Assembly (NCBI GenBank): GCA_963728915.1
Contig: CAVSLV010000001.1
Span: 384,001 to 448,000 of the forward strand
Length of the DNA: 64,000 nt
Reading direction: 5' to 3'
Origin: an uncultured Gemmatimonadales bacterium
GTDB lineage: Bacteria; Gemmatimonadota; Gemmatimonadetes; Gemmatimonadales; GWC2-71-9
This document shows, in pieces, positions 55,079 through 64,000 of this stretch. A program made the position numbers and the translations under genes. The notes beneath the pieces were generated by a model. The model saw nothing but the letters and a program-made list of their open reading frames with translations. It was not told where the DNA came from and did no database searches. Positions within the stretch are counted from its first letter, which is position 1; every line of letters starts with the position of its first letter.

Positions 55079-55543
55079 GCAGGCAAAGTCACCCGATCCA
55101 TCCGGCTTGCCCTTGGCGGTGCAGGTTCCCTTCGCGGTAATGCCCTGGAACTTGCCGGTTCCGCTCACCGCCGTCCAGGAATTGCTGCCGGACTGCATCA
55201 TGTTGTTGGCCATCGTGCCGGAGAGGGTGTAGGTGTAGGTGATCTTGTCGCCGTTGGCCATCGTCTCGACGAACACTCCGTGCCCCCTCGAGTTGTTCCC
55301 GATGGCTTCCACGAATTCCACCGCGGCGCCCTCCTTTTCCTTCACCCCGCCGATCTCGCCGGCCGTCGTGGTGCAGTGGACCTGCTCGATCAGATAGGCA
55401 TGGTTGGGTTGATCGGTTACCGGAAGCTGGTGGACCGGATCGGGCTTCGCGCAGTTCCAGGTGACCTTCATCGGACTCTGGGCCGCGAGGGTGGAGCCGA
55501 AGGCGAACAGCAGGGAACCCATCATAAGAGGAGCTTTACGCAT
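55055..55543 (-). CDS. Secreted hypothetical protein
   Basis: GGAG RBS, signal peptide, NGDKI, SGTGKFQGITAKG, paired Cys. Confidence 0.75.
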   Translation of the reverse strand: MRKAPLMMGSLLFAFGSTLAAQSPMKVTWNCAKPDPVHQLPVTDQPNHAYLIEQVHCTTTAGEIGGVKEKEGAAVEFVEAIGNNSRGHGVFVETMANGDKITYTYTLSGTMANNMMQSGSNSWTAVSGTGKFQGITAKGTCTAKGKPDGSGDFACSGTYTLK

Positions 55544-55602
55544 GAAGTGACTCCGTGGAGGGGCTGGAGACATACTCGGCATCCCTCGGTTTGGCAAGCG
55601 GG

Positions 55603-56157
55603 TTACCAGAAGATCTTCCGCCACCCGGAGAGTCCCCGGCGCCACATCGTCAGATAGATGATGAATCCGCTGATCACCAGCACCGCGAGCACCGTTCCCC
55701 AGGCCATCGCCGCCACCAGCCCACCATCACCGAACGCCTCGCCGCTATGGAGCCGGTGCAGGAACGGCTTGTCCACGTAGGCTCCGGTCATGAGCAAGGC
55801 GCCGGTCGCGGCGTCCACCACAAACCTCCGATCCTCCCCGCCGGCCGGCTTCCCGGTAAACACCGTGATGGTGGGCTGTTTCCCCTTGAACTGGATGGTG
55901 ACCTGATCCACCGGCGCGTTACCGGCTTCCTTCGCGGCCGTTTGGAAAGCGCGCGAGAGTCGTTCATTCCATTCCGAGAGCGACGCCTGAAGGGTGACCG
56001 GGCTCACCAGCTTCCGGTTCGCCTCCCGGAGCTCCTCGGCTTCGCCGAAGAATTCCGAGATGGCGACCATCACGCCGGTCACCGCCGCGAAAAGGATGAA
56101 CAGGGTCGTTGGAAACGAGATCCAACGATGCCACTTGCGCCAGAAGTTGGGATTCAT
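55603..56157 (-). CDS. PepSY-associated TM helix domain protein
   Basis: WRKWHRW, FAAVTG, VDAATG, LHRLHSGE, ISGFIIY. Confidence 0.8.
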   Translation of the reverse strand: MNPNFWRKWHRWISFPTTLFILFAAVTGVMVAISEFFGEAEELREANRKLVSPVTLQASLSEWNERLSRAFQTAAKEAGNAPVDQVTIQFKGKQPTITVFTGKPAGGEDRRFVVDAATGALLMTGAYVDKPFLHRLHSGEAFGDGGLVAAMAWGTVLAVLVISGFIIYLTMWRRGLSGWRKIFW

Positions 56158-56174
56158 GGGAAGGAGGGAATGGG

Positions 56175-56837
56175 TTACGGCATGGTTGCCTGGAACAGCA
56201 CCAGGTCGCCGTCCTGCACCAGCCCCGGCCCGGGGCAGTAGATCTTCGTTTCCCGGCCCCGCTCGAGCGGAGTGGTTTCCGCGATCCGCACGCAGCCGTT
56301 GAAGAGGCCACCCCCCGATCCGAAGATCTCCTTCACCCCGACCACCTCGGCGCGATCCATCGCGATGCGGGGCGCCTGCTCCTGGTAGAACTTCATGTGG
56401 AGACTCGGACTGCCCGGCATCATGAGGCCGAACCTCGCGCCGCCGACCCCCGAAGCCCAGCTCCCCTCGTGGCCGGTGACCTGGCCGTCCCGATAGGTAT
56501 CCACGTCTTCGCCGAAGTAGTAGACGTCGCCGTTCGCGGGATTGGCGGCGAAGTAGTTGCGGGAGATCTCCGTCAGTTTGGTGTCCCGCGATTCCCGCTC
56601 CTCGATGATCCGGGTCTCGACGCCATCGATGACCTTCGTTTCGGCGAGCACGGTCACCACCAGCTCCTCGGCGCCGTGCTTGAGGGTCTGGCTGCTGCCG
56701 GGCTTCAGGGGGAAGAGCGGGTTGTCGCCCACGGGGGAGAGGATCGACTTGTCGATCTGGAAATCGCTGGTCCAGTCGTTCGGGCTTGCGCATCCGGCCA
56801 GAAGCAGGATGCCGAGCAGCGGAAGGCGCCTTGGCAT
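56175..56837 (-). CDS. Putative lipoprotein, hypothetical
   Basis: LLLAGC lipobox; NPLFPLKPG, GDVYYFGE, FYQEQAP, YCPGPGLV. Confidence 0.78.
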   Translation of the reverse strand: MPRRLPLLGILLLAGCASPNDWTSDFQIDKSILSPVGDNPLFPLKPGSSQTLKHGAEELVVTVLAETKVIDGVETRIIEERESRDTKLTEISRNYFAANPANGDVYYFGEDVDTYRDGQVTGHEGSWASGVGGARFGLMMPGSPSLHMKFYQEQAPRIAMDRAEVVGVKEIFGSGGGLFNGCVRIAETTPLERGRETKIYCPGPGLVQDGDLVLFQATMP

Positions 56838-57029
56838 GGGGCAAATAATAAATGGAAACGAAAGGTGACGCGGTCCCCTGATCAGCGAGTAAACGACACC
56901 GCGCTCCCGTCCATCGTCCAGGTGGCCGGATCCCCGCAACTCGCTCCCAGCACGCCCTCGATCTGGAGGGAAGTCGCCGAGGCGAGCTTCAGGAGAACAT
57001 GCCGGGCGGGTGGAGGCGGGAGGATCACG

Positions 57030-57425
57030 GTGTAGGCGTCGTAACTGGGGGAATTCGAGCAACTGGTTCTCCTGGCGCTCCTCAAGTTGGGCGAGCAAGG
57101 CCACGGGCCCGCACTCCAGATCACGCTCGGCTATGCCGGACGAGGTGAAGGTCTGGGCACGATCTGCAAGGCGCTCCACCGTCTGGAGGACAAGGGACTG
57201 GTCCAGGGGAGGTGGGGCCAGTCCCGGCGCGAACCCGGTGGTCGCCGCAAACGGGAATACCGCGTTACCCCGAAGGGGCTGGAGACTCTGCGCGCGGCAT
57301 TGGCCATCCTCCGCAACCTGTACGGGCGCACCCCGGAGCATGAATTCGTTGGGGCAGTGGCGCCGCGACCCCAGCGACCTCGACAGGCGACCCACCCGAG
57401 GCCTCCGCTCGATCTGGGGCATTAG
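57030..57425 (+). pseudogene. PadR family regulator, 5' end disrupted
   Basis: GGAGG RBS + GTG, then TAG GCG TCG TAA before LGEFEQLVLLAL; L.RLEDKGLV, GGRRKREYRVT..G. Confidence 0.75.
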
Positions 57426-57486
57426 AGTGACAAAGCCACTCTAATGCCGGACCTCCTCACCAACCACTGGTTGAGCGCAGGTCTTC

Positions 57487-57990
57487 CTACTCCACTCGGC
57501 TGAACGTCCCGACCAGCCCTCCAAAACCACCGAAGTCCTGGGGCCAGGTCACCGTCATCGTGGACCCCACGATCTTGAAGGTCAGGACTACATCGTTGGG
57601 GCACGGACCGGTCGCGCACCCGGCGACCCACTCGCCCATGTAATTGGGATCCTTGGCCATGTAGGCCTTGATGGTGACCTTGTCCCCGCTCACGGTATAG
57701 CGGCCCGAGTTGGCGGTAATCGAGTTGTAGGCCGCGAGCTTCTCCGCGTCGGTCATGTTGTCGCCGGCATAGTGGGCCCGTTCCTTGTCGTCCGAGACGA
57801 ACATGATGCTGTAGTGCTGCCTGGTGAACACCAGCAGGCCCCGCTGGGGGTGATCGATTTTCTTGCCGCCAACAATCCATCCGGTGGCGGTCCAGGCGCC
57901 AGCCGGTGAGGCTTGGGCCTGGCTCTGTACCGGGAACGCCAGGATGCTCATGGTCGAGAACAGAAAGCCGACCGGAATGGCTCTGTGCAT
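57487..57990 (-). CDS. Secreted lipocalin-like domain protein
   Basis: AAGGAG RBS, signal peptide, AGAW, GLLVFT, ANSGRYTVSGD. Confidence 0.7.
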   Translation of the reverse strand: MHRAIPVGFLFSTMSILAFPVQSQAQASPAGAWTATGWIVGGKKIDHPQRGLLVFTRQHYSIMFVSDDKERAHYAGDNMTDAEKLAAYNSITANSGRYTVSGDKVTIKAYMAKDPNYMGEWVAGCATGPCPNDVVLTFKIVGSTMTVTWPQDFGGFGGLVGTFSRVE

Positions 57991-58073
57991 GTTGCTCTTC
58001 TCCTTGGAGGGAGACCAAAGCTACCACGCTTCGGAAGTGGAGGGGCGTCGCTCGAAACGAACAGGTGACCGGG

Positions 58074-58736
58074 CTAGGAGCGCTTGCCGCTCCATGCTTC
58101 CCGGTACCCCGCCCGGCAATGCCAGACCGTCAGTGTCAACACTCCCAGCGTAAAGGCTGCCATGAACGCGGTGCCAATGTTGGGCCATGAGTGGGTGGTG
58201 AAATTGGCGACCTGCTTGGTCCCCACCACCGCGGGCATGAACGGAGCGATGGTCACCGGCGCATGGGGATCCAGATCGTGACCGAACACGTAGAGGCGGT
58301 AGGCAAACCTGACGAAGGAAAACAGGCCTACGTACAGCGTGATCACGCTGAGATCGACCAGGCTGCGGACCTTTCCGATCGCCGCCGCGCGCAGCGTCAA
58401 GAGGGCGAGCACGCCGAGCGCGAAGGGAATCCAGTCGAGGTCCTGAAACTCGCTCCGGGCGATCGTCTTCATACCGATGTAGTGATTGAGCTCGTTGATC
58501 TCCTGGATGTCGTGGCCTCCGTGCCCACCGTCGATCTTGTAGGCATAGACGTCGAGCCAGAGTCCCTGGGGATACTGGGGGGCCGTCATGCTGATGCGCC
58601 ACAGCGGCTGGGTGAAGCTGAGTATCAACGGGATCACCAGCAGGGCCAGCAGGATTCGGGGACGGAAACGGATCGGCTCATCGAGAAAGACCTCGAAGCG
58701 ATCCACCAGTGGACGAATGCGGTGTTCCAGCTTCAT
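58074..58736 (-). CDS. nosB: Clade II nos cluster membrane protein (NosB-like)
   Basis: AAGGAGG RBS; PLWRISMTAPQYPQGL, INELNHYIGM, FGHDLDPHAP, about four TMs. Confidence 0.75.
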   Translation of the reverse strand: MKLEHRIRPLVDRFEVFLDEPIRFRPRILLALLVIPLILSFTQPLWRISMTAPQYPQGLWLDVYAYKIDGGHGGHDIQEINELNHYIGMKTIARSEFQDLDWIPFALGVLALLTLRAAAIGKVRSLVDLSVITLYVGLFSFVRFAYRLYVFGHDLDPHAPVTIAPFMPAVVGTKQVANFTTHSWPNIGTAFMAAFTLGVLTLTVWHCRAGYREAWSGKRS

Positions 58737-58773
58737 CTCAGCCTCCTTCGGCGTTCCAAGCTTCCGTCTCCCC

Positions 58774-59643
58774 TCACACCAGGTCTCCGCGACGCAGCCG
58801 TCGCCACGCCGCCAGCCATCCCAGCGAACCGACCGTAATCGGCCACAACAGTCCCAGGACCAGCAGGGCCGTCGGACCGACCCGATGATAGAGGAAATAC
58901 CCCACCGGGCCCAGGGTGCCGAGGGTCGGGTCGGCCCCGGACACCAGGGCAAGCCGAGCCGATTCCACCGGATTGAGGGCGGCCAGCACAAACACGACCG
59001 AAGCCGGCAGATTCCACTGCAGCATCAATCCGACCAGTCCGACGTCGAGCAAGGCCACCCCCAGGACCCAGGCCAGCAGCAGATACACCATCAACCGGTC
59101 CGGCTCGGCGACCCGCACCGACAGGGCGAGCCCGATTCCGGTGAAGCTCCACAACAGGGCGGCACTCACCCCAAGCGCTCGTCCCAGAAAGAGCCACGGG
59201 ATCGTCTGGTGGGTGACCAGCGATCCCACCAACGCCAGGGCCGGCATCAGGATCAGCAGTGGCAGCAACAGCGCGCCGTAGTGCACCAGGGTCACGGCGC
59301 CGAAATAGTCGTCCCGGGCGATCGGGTGACTGAACAGCATTTCGAGGGCGCCGTCCCGGCGAGCGCGACTCACCACCGGCCCCGACCCGGTGAGGGCCAG
59401 CAGCGGCAGCAACACTACCAGCGCGTGGCTCAGCGAGAAGAGGACTCGTTCCATGCCGGTGAATCCGAGCAGGGCGGACTCCCGGAGCCCCAGTCCCAGG
59501 AACCCGGCCGCCAGCACGACGTAGAGCCCGCCCGAGAACCAGAGCCAGCGCGAGCGCACCACTTCTCCCAGCTCCAGACGGGCCAGCGCCATAACCCGCG
59601 TTGCCGCCCTGACCGGGGCCAGCGTTCGCGCCTCCGCCGTCAT
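58774..59643 (-). CDS. nosY: ABC transporter permease NosY
   Basis: Multi-TM ABC-2 permease (LLPLLAL, DGALEMLFSHPI, LNPVESARL); ATGA overlap with nosF. Confidence 0.85.
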   Translation of the reverse strand: MTAEARTLAPVRAATRVMALARLELGEVVRSRWLWFSGGLYVVLAAGFLGLGLRESALLGFTGMERVLFSLSHALVVLLPLLALTGSGPVVSRARRDGALEMLFSHPIARDDYFGAVTLVHYGALLLPLLILMPALALVGSLVTHQTIPWLFLGRALGVSAALLWSFTGIGLALSVRVAEPDRLMVYLLLAWVLGVALLDVGLVGLMLQWNLPASVVFVLAALNPVESARLALVSGADPTLGTLGPVGYFLYHRVGPTALLVLGLLWPITVGSLGWLAAWRRLRRGDLV

Positions 59644-60383
59644 CGGGACTTCTCCACTCGTGCGAGCTCTCCCTCCCCGGCGACCACCCTCCCGGACCGG
59701 CCGACTCCTCCGTTCAACCGCTCTGCCACCTCCGGTGCGGTCGCCGGCACGTCCAGCACCACCCGCCCGCTCTCGAGCCCAACGACCCGATCCACCAGCC
59801 GCCGCACCTCATCGAGGTGATGGGAGCAGAGCAGGAGGGTGGCGCCGTCCCCCGGACCTCCGCCCTCGAAGCGGCGGAAGAGCGCCTCCCGGGCGCTGCG
59901 GTCGAGGCTCGCGGTCGGTTCATCCATGATGAGGAGCGATACCGGGGCCGCAAGCGCCAGGGCGATGAACAGCTTCTGCCGGGTTCCCCGTGATAGAGTG
60001 CGAACCGGCCTGCGGTGCAGCGCGTCGAGGTCGAGGTCGAGCCCCGCCGCGGTGCTTCGAAGCTCCCTCGGGTCGAGGCCGCGGATCGCCGCAATGGCCC
60101 GCACGATCTCTCCCGCCGTGGCCCCGAGCAGAGGCGCGGTCTGGGGCACATAGGCGAGGTGGGCGGCCATGCGGGTGCGGTGTTCGAACGGATCCTGTCC
60201 ATCCAATCGCACCAGGCCCTGGCATTGCACCATACCCATCACCGCGCGCACCAGTGTCGACTTGCCGGAACCGTTCGGTCCCACCAGGGCAACCCGCTCC
60301 CCGGAAGCGATGTCGAGCGAGACCCGGTCCAGGGCCAGAACTCCCCGGAACTGCTTGCTCACCTCCTTCAGCTCGACACGCAT
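59640..60383 (-). CDS. nosF: ABC transporter ATPase NosF
   Basis: GPNGSGKST, LSRGTRQK, MDEPTASLD, CSH; lies between nosD and nosY. Confidence 0.87.
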   Translation of the reverse strand: MRVELKEVSKQFRGVLALDRVSLDIASGERVALVGPNGSGKSTLVRAVMGMVQCQGLVRLDGQDPFEHRTRMAAHLAYVPQTAPLLGATAGEIVRAIAAIRGLDPRELRSTAAGLDLDLDALHRRPVRTLSRGTRQKLFIALALAAPVSLLIMDEPTASLDRSAREALFRRFEGGGPGDGATLLLCSHHLDEVRRLVDRVVGLESGRVVLDVPATAPEVAERLNGGVGRSGRVVAGEGELARVEKSR

Positions 60384-60402
60384 CGCCGCTCCGGGTTCGG
60401 TC

Positions 60403-61692
60403 TCACGGCCCGCTCCGTGGTGACACCCGCGGTGCCGGGTCGACCAGCACGGTCTCGGGCTGCATCAGGGGAAAGATCCGGGCGACCGCGTCGAGAAGGG
60501 TGAACGCAATGGTGCCCCGGAAGATCGCCAGTTGCGGGTGGTCCGCGACCAGATGCTCCGAGAGGCTCCGCAGCTCGTAGGGGACGTCCCCCCGGCCGTC
60601 CCGGTTCAAGTCGTAGCCCTGATAGTCATCGAAATAGTTCCCCCGCCAATCGACCTCGCGGGCGGTTCCCCGACCTTCCACCGCCACCTGGACCTGGTTG
60701 GCTTCGAAATTGTTGTCGCGGAAGGTATTCCCGTGCTCGCTGCTGTGAAACGTGATTGCGGCGTTACAGCGGGCGAACGTGTTTCGCTGGACGACCATGG
60801 AATCTCCCGCCCGGAACGGCGAAGTATCGAGGTAGATACACGCGTTGTCGTGGAGAAACTGGGAATCCTCGACCACGAGGTTCCCCGATTCCTTCACCCC
60901 GAGCCCCATGCCGTCGACGCCGGCATTATCGATAATCGTGTCATTCCGGAGCGTGATGTTCCTGGCGTACATGACGAACACGCCGACGATGTTCTCCCGA
61001 TAGTTGCCGCCTTCCACGATGCAGCTGTCCGAGTACATGAAGTGGGTGGCATACCGGCTCCGCACCACCCGGTTGTTCAGAATCCGGTTCCCGGGAGAGT
61101 ACCAGACCAGAAGGTCGCGGGAGTCTTCCAGCCGGTTGCCCGCCACCAGCGACCCCCGCACTTCCCAGAGCCGGATGCCATCGCCCCGGATTCCCACCGG
61201 CAGCTCGGCCAGCCCCGAGATCCAGTTATCGGCGAGAACCACCCGGTTCGATCGCTCGACCACGATGCCGAACAGCGCGTCCTGCACCCTGAGCCCTCGC
61301 ACCTGAATATCGTTTCCGTGCAGATAGACCGCTCCGTCCATCAGGTCGTAGCGCCTCCCGCTTCCGCGCACCGTGAACCCCTGGAGGACCACGCTGTCGG
61401 CTCCGACCCGGACTGTGGTCCTGGTTCCGTCGGACTGGATCTCCGCCGAGGCCGGTCCCAGCAGGGTCACCGGCCGGTGAATCTCGACCGGACCGGCGTA
61501 GAGCCCCGGGGCGAGGCAGAGGATTCCGCCCCGCGGCGCACGGTCGATCGCGGCCTGGAGGGACGCTCCCGGCGGCAGCTCCTCGCCCCCGGGAGGACAC
61601 TGGGTGGAAGCAGGCGTCATCGCCGGCCCCGGTGCAGCGGCCAGCAACAGCGCCGCCGCCACCCCGGAACCGGTGATGCCGCTCATTTTCAT
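60403..61692 (-). CDS. nosD: Nitrous oxide reductase maturation protein NosD
   Basis: Signal peptide, beta-helix repeats, RGDGIRLW, RYATHFMYS, GNYFDDYQGYDLNRDGRGDVPY. Confidence 0.93.
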   Translation of the reverse strand: MKMSGITGSGVAAALLLAAAPGPAMTPASTQCPPGGEELPPGASLQAAIDRAPRGGILCLAPGLYAGPVEIHRPVTLLGPASAEIQSDGTRTTVRVGADSVVLQGFTVRGSGRRYDLMDGAVYLHGNDIQVRGLRVQDALFGIVVERSNRVVLADNWISGLAELPVGIRGDGIRLWEVRGSLVAGNRLEDSRDLLVWYSPGNRILNNRVVRSRYATHFMYSDSCIVEGGNYRENIVGVFVMYARNITLRNDTIIDNAGVDGMGLGVKESGNLVVEDSQFLHDNACIYLDTSPFRAGDSMVVQRNTFARCNAAITFHSSEHGNTFRDNNFEANQVQVAVEGRGTAREVDWRGNYFDDYQGYDLNRDGRGDVPYELRSLSEHLVADHPQLAIFRGTIAFTLLDAVARIFPLMQPETVLVDPAPRVSPRSGP

Positions 61693-61701
61693 CTCGGCGC
61701 C

Positions 61702-63663
61702 CTACTCCTTCACCAGCATGTACCCCATCATCTCGAGGTGCAGGGCCGAGCAGAACTCGGTGCAGTAGTACGGGAACACTCCGGCTCGATCGGCGACGAT
61801 CGTCACGTTGGCTGTCTTCCCCGCCTCCAGGCTCAGGTTCACGTTGTACACCCCGAGCCCGAAGCCGTGGGTCGCATCCGGGGTCTGCTCGAGGTTGGTG
61901 ATATGGAAATGCACCGTGTCGCCCCGCATGACTTCGACTCGGTCGGGCTTGAAATGGCTCCGGATCGCGGTCATATAGACGTCCACCCGGCGGCCGTGCC
62001 GTTCCACGCGCGCGTCGGTCTCCGCCGCGACCGCGTCGGGATCGTGTCTGTGGGTGACCTGGTTTTCGCCGACCGGAGAGTACATCTGCTGGGGATTCAG
62101 CTTGTCGGCGCTGATGATCTGGGCATAGTGCGGCTCGCCCAGGCCGATCGGCAGGTCATAGAGCAGCTGCATCTGGGGCGTGGTGACGTCGATGAGCTGG
62201 AAATTCTGGGGCATCAGGGGTCCGACGTTGTTGTACCGGTCGATGGACCACTTGTCCAGCGCGACGACATAGTGCCCCTTGGGGTGTTCGGTGTCGCCCT
62301 CCGGCGTGGCCAGGTGCCCGATGTTGTAGTGCACCGGGATCTTCTCGAGCACTTTCATGTCCTTGAGCGACCACTTGGCGATCTTCGACTCGATGAAAAG
62401 CGAAGTGTAGCCGTTTCCCTGGTCATCCCACTGAGTATGGAGCGGTCCCAGCCCGACTTCCACCTGCCCGTGCAAGGCGGCCTGAAAGCCGATGATCGGC
62501 ACCCCGTAGGGGTCCTTCCCCTCGAAGGTCTTGCCCTCGATGGCGGCCTGGATCCTGGACCAGTCATAGATCGTTTCGTGGGTGTCCAGTTTCCCCGAGA
62601 TGGCCAGGTAGCGCCCGTCGGGCGTTACGTCCACTCCATGGGGACTCTTCGGCTCGGGCACGAAATAGAGGAGCCCCTCCTGAATCGAGGTCGCAAGGGG
62701 AATCACCCGGATCCCCTGGATCAGCCGGGTCTTCCCGGGCTGGGCAGCCACCTGGGCCGCCTGGCGCCAGTTGATCACGTGGAGGTAATCCATGTCGTTC
62801 TGGGACGCGCCCGATTCGAGCGGAGGCTGGTTCTCCATGTCGCCGCCGTGGGCCCGCTCGGTGTCGAACGAGTTGAGGAACACCCAGCCGTCGCTCGCCA
62901 GCTTGCCCGCATCAGAGAGATCCTGCATGTAGGGCGGCAGTTCCATGGCGAAGGAAGCGGCCGGGTCGATCCGGCCCGCGGCCCGATCGAATTTCCAGAA
63001 CAGCACCGCGCCCCGATAGGCATCGTCGAACTCCGAGATGGGGGCATAGCTCCCGTCGAGGGGAATCGGGTACTGACCTCCCTCGATGATGTACTCCGTG
63101 TTCGGGGTCACGAACGAGCCGCCGTGGTCGGTGCCCAGAATCGGAGCGTGCACGATCTGGGTGGTGGCAAAATCCTTGAGGCTGATGACCGCGATCCGGG
63201 CATTGGCCTTGTCATTGATGAAGAGGAACTGGCCGTCGTAATCGCCGTTGGTCTCGCTGAGCGCGGGGTGGTGGCTGTCGCCCCAGGTCAGAGTCTTGGT
63301 CTTGGGCGAGCTGTTCGCCAGGAGTTCCCGGGTCTGGTCGTCGAACCCGTAGCCCTGCCACGGCTCCGGCGTGAACACGCCGAGGTATTTGAGAATCCGC
63401 ATCGAGGGAACGCCGATCACGAGGACCTGTCCACTGTGTCCCCCCGACGCAAACATGATGAACGGGTCGGTCCGGCCGGTGGGCGTATAGGTCTTGAGGG
63501 CGGCCGCGACGTCCGCCTCGCTCAGGTTTCTCGCCCGCATCAGGTCCTGCACCGACGCGGCGCCCCCGCTCCCTCCCCGGGATCCGCACGCCGTGAGCAG
63601 CAACGCGGCCGCCGCGCCGAGGAGTTGACTCCTGGTCCGCGCCCACACCACATGATCTGACAT
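61702..63663 (-). CDS. nosZ: Nitrous oxide reductase, clade II (Sec/lipoprotein type)
   Basis: AAGGAGG RBS; LLTAC lipobox, no twin-Arg; SGGHSGQ; CuZ His motifs DSHH, DHG, SPHG, GPLH, IGH, EPH; CuA HGF...CTEFCSALHLEM. Confidence 0.97.
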   Translation of the reverse strand: MSDHVVWARTRSQLLGAAAALLLTACGSRGGSGGAASVQDLMRARNLSEADVAAALKTYTPTGRTDPFIMFASGGHSGQVLVIGVPSMRILKYLGVFTPEPWQGYGFDDQTRELLANSSPKTKTLTWGDSHHPALSETNGDYDGQFLFINDKANARIAVISLKDFATTQIVHAPILGTDHGGSFVTPNTEYIIEGGQYPIPLDGSYAPISEFDDAYRGAVLFWKFDRAAGRIDPAASFAMELPPYMQDLSDAGKLASDGWVFLNSFDTERAHGGDMENQPPLESGASQNDMDYLHVINWRQAAQVAAQPGKTRLIQGIRVIPLATSIQEGLLYFVPEPKSPHGVDVTPDGRYLAISGKLDTHETIYDWSRIQAAIEGKTFEGKDPYGVPIIGFQAALHGQVEVGLGPLHTQWDDQGNGYTSLFIESKIAKWSLKDMKVLEKIPVHYNIGHLATPEGDTEHPKGHYVVALDKWSIDRYNNVGPLMPQNFQLIDVTTPQMQLLYDLPIGLGEPHYAQIISADKLNPQQMYSPVGENQVTHRHDPDAVAAETDARVERHGRRVDVYMTAIRSHFKPDRVEVMRGDTVHFHITNLEQTPDATHGFGLGVYNVNLSLEAGKTANVTIVADRAGVFPYYCTEFCSALHLEMMGYMLVKE

Positions 63664-63698
63664 GAACTCCTCCTTGCCGACGTAGTCGGCTCCGTGAC

Positions 63699-64000
63699 CT
63701 ATGGCTGCTTCCCGAACTTGCGAACGATTTCGCGGAGAGCCGCCACGACCTCCGGCTTGCTCCCCAGATCGGGGTTGGCGATCATGGCGGGGCTCCGGCC
63801 CACGGCCGCTCCGCCGTAGAGGATCGCCGATTCGATCTCCTTGTCGGTGACGCTGTCCTGCCAGGCTGGGTTGTGGTAGTTGCGCGGCTTGGGAACCAGG
63901 CTCGCGGCGCCGGGGCCGTCGCCCCTTCCTTCGCTGCCGTGGCACGCCGCGCAGCGGGTCGAAAACATCTCCTGGGCCTCCTGCCTCGCCTGATCGGTGA
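63699..64000 (-). CDS. c-type cytochrome upstream of nosZ (5' end outside window)
   Basis: CAACHG..GRGDGP, PKPRNY, distal Met in SPAM; frame open to the window edge. Confidence 0.88.
   Translation of the reverse strand, partial: TDQARQEAQEMFSTRCAACHGSEGRGDGPGAASLVPKPRNYHNPAWQDSVTDKEIESAILYGGAAVGRSPAMIANPDLGSKPEVVAALREIVRKFGKQP

Noticed and set aside
56882..57030. Minus-strand fragment ending ...ATWTMDGSAVSFTR as a gene remnant
   Set aside because: No credible start or recognisable family; cannot be supported without a search.

Overview
High-GC bacterial chromosome segment. Gene content and order (mutL-miaA-bshA-uppP-birA, pyrR-pyrB-pyrC, scpAB-rluB-MoxR/Bat, orphan duplicated ABC permeases with PadR) suggest Gemmatimonadota or a relative; this is an inference. 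Contents in order: recO-selB-clpB-tadA; a stress/repair block (CheB-CheR-PAS-kinase-receiver hybrid, CsbD, Ku and a LigD split into three genes) ending at tRNA-Ser(CGA); topA, a hybrid kinase, mgtE, tRNA-Ser(GGA), msrPQ, and pyrR-pyrB-pyrC, where pyrB carries an in-frame TAG; rpsT; a site-2 protease-scpAB-rluB-MoxR-DUF58-SDR-Bat operon with a dense local cluster of frameshifts; mutL to birA; envelope genes, including a beta-barrel/NlpC-P60 fusion and a secreted protein with a PHM-like copper-ligand pattern; a two-component pair; two orphan ABC permeases, small secreted proteins and a decayed PadR; and a clade II (Sec/lipoprotein-type) nitrous oxide reductase cluster, cyt c-nosZ-D-F-Y-nosB-like. 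I saw no CRISPR array, integrase, transposase or rRNA. The best leads are the PHM-like copper protein, the barrel-peptidase fusion, the rearranged nos cluster, heptamer/octamer arrays around the tRNAs, and recurrent leaderless-type promoters. All calls come from motif recognition by eye; no searches were run.
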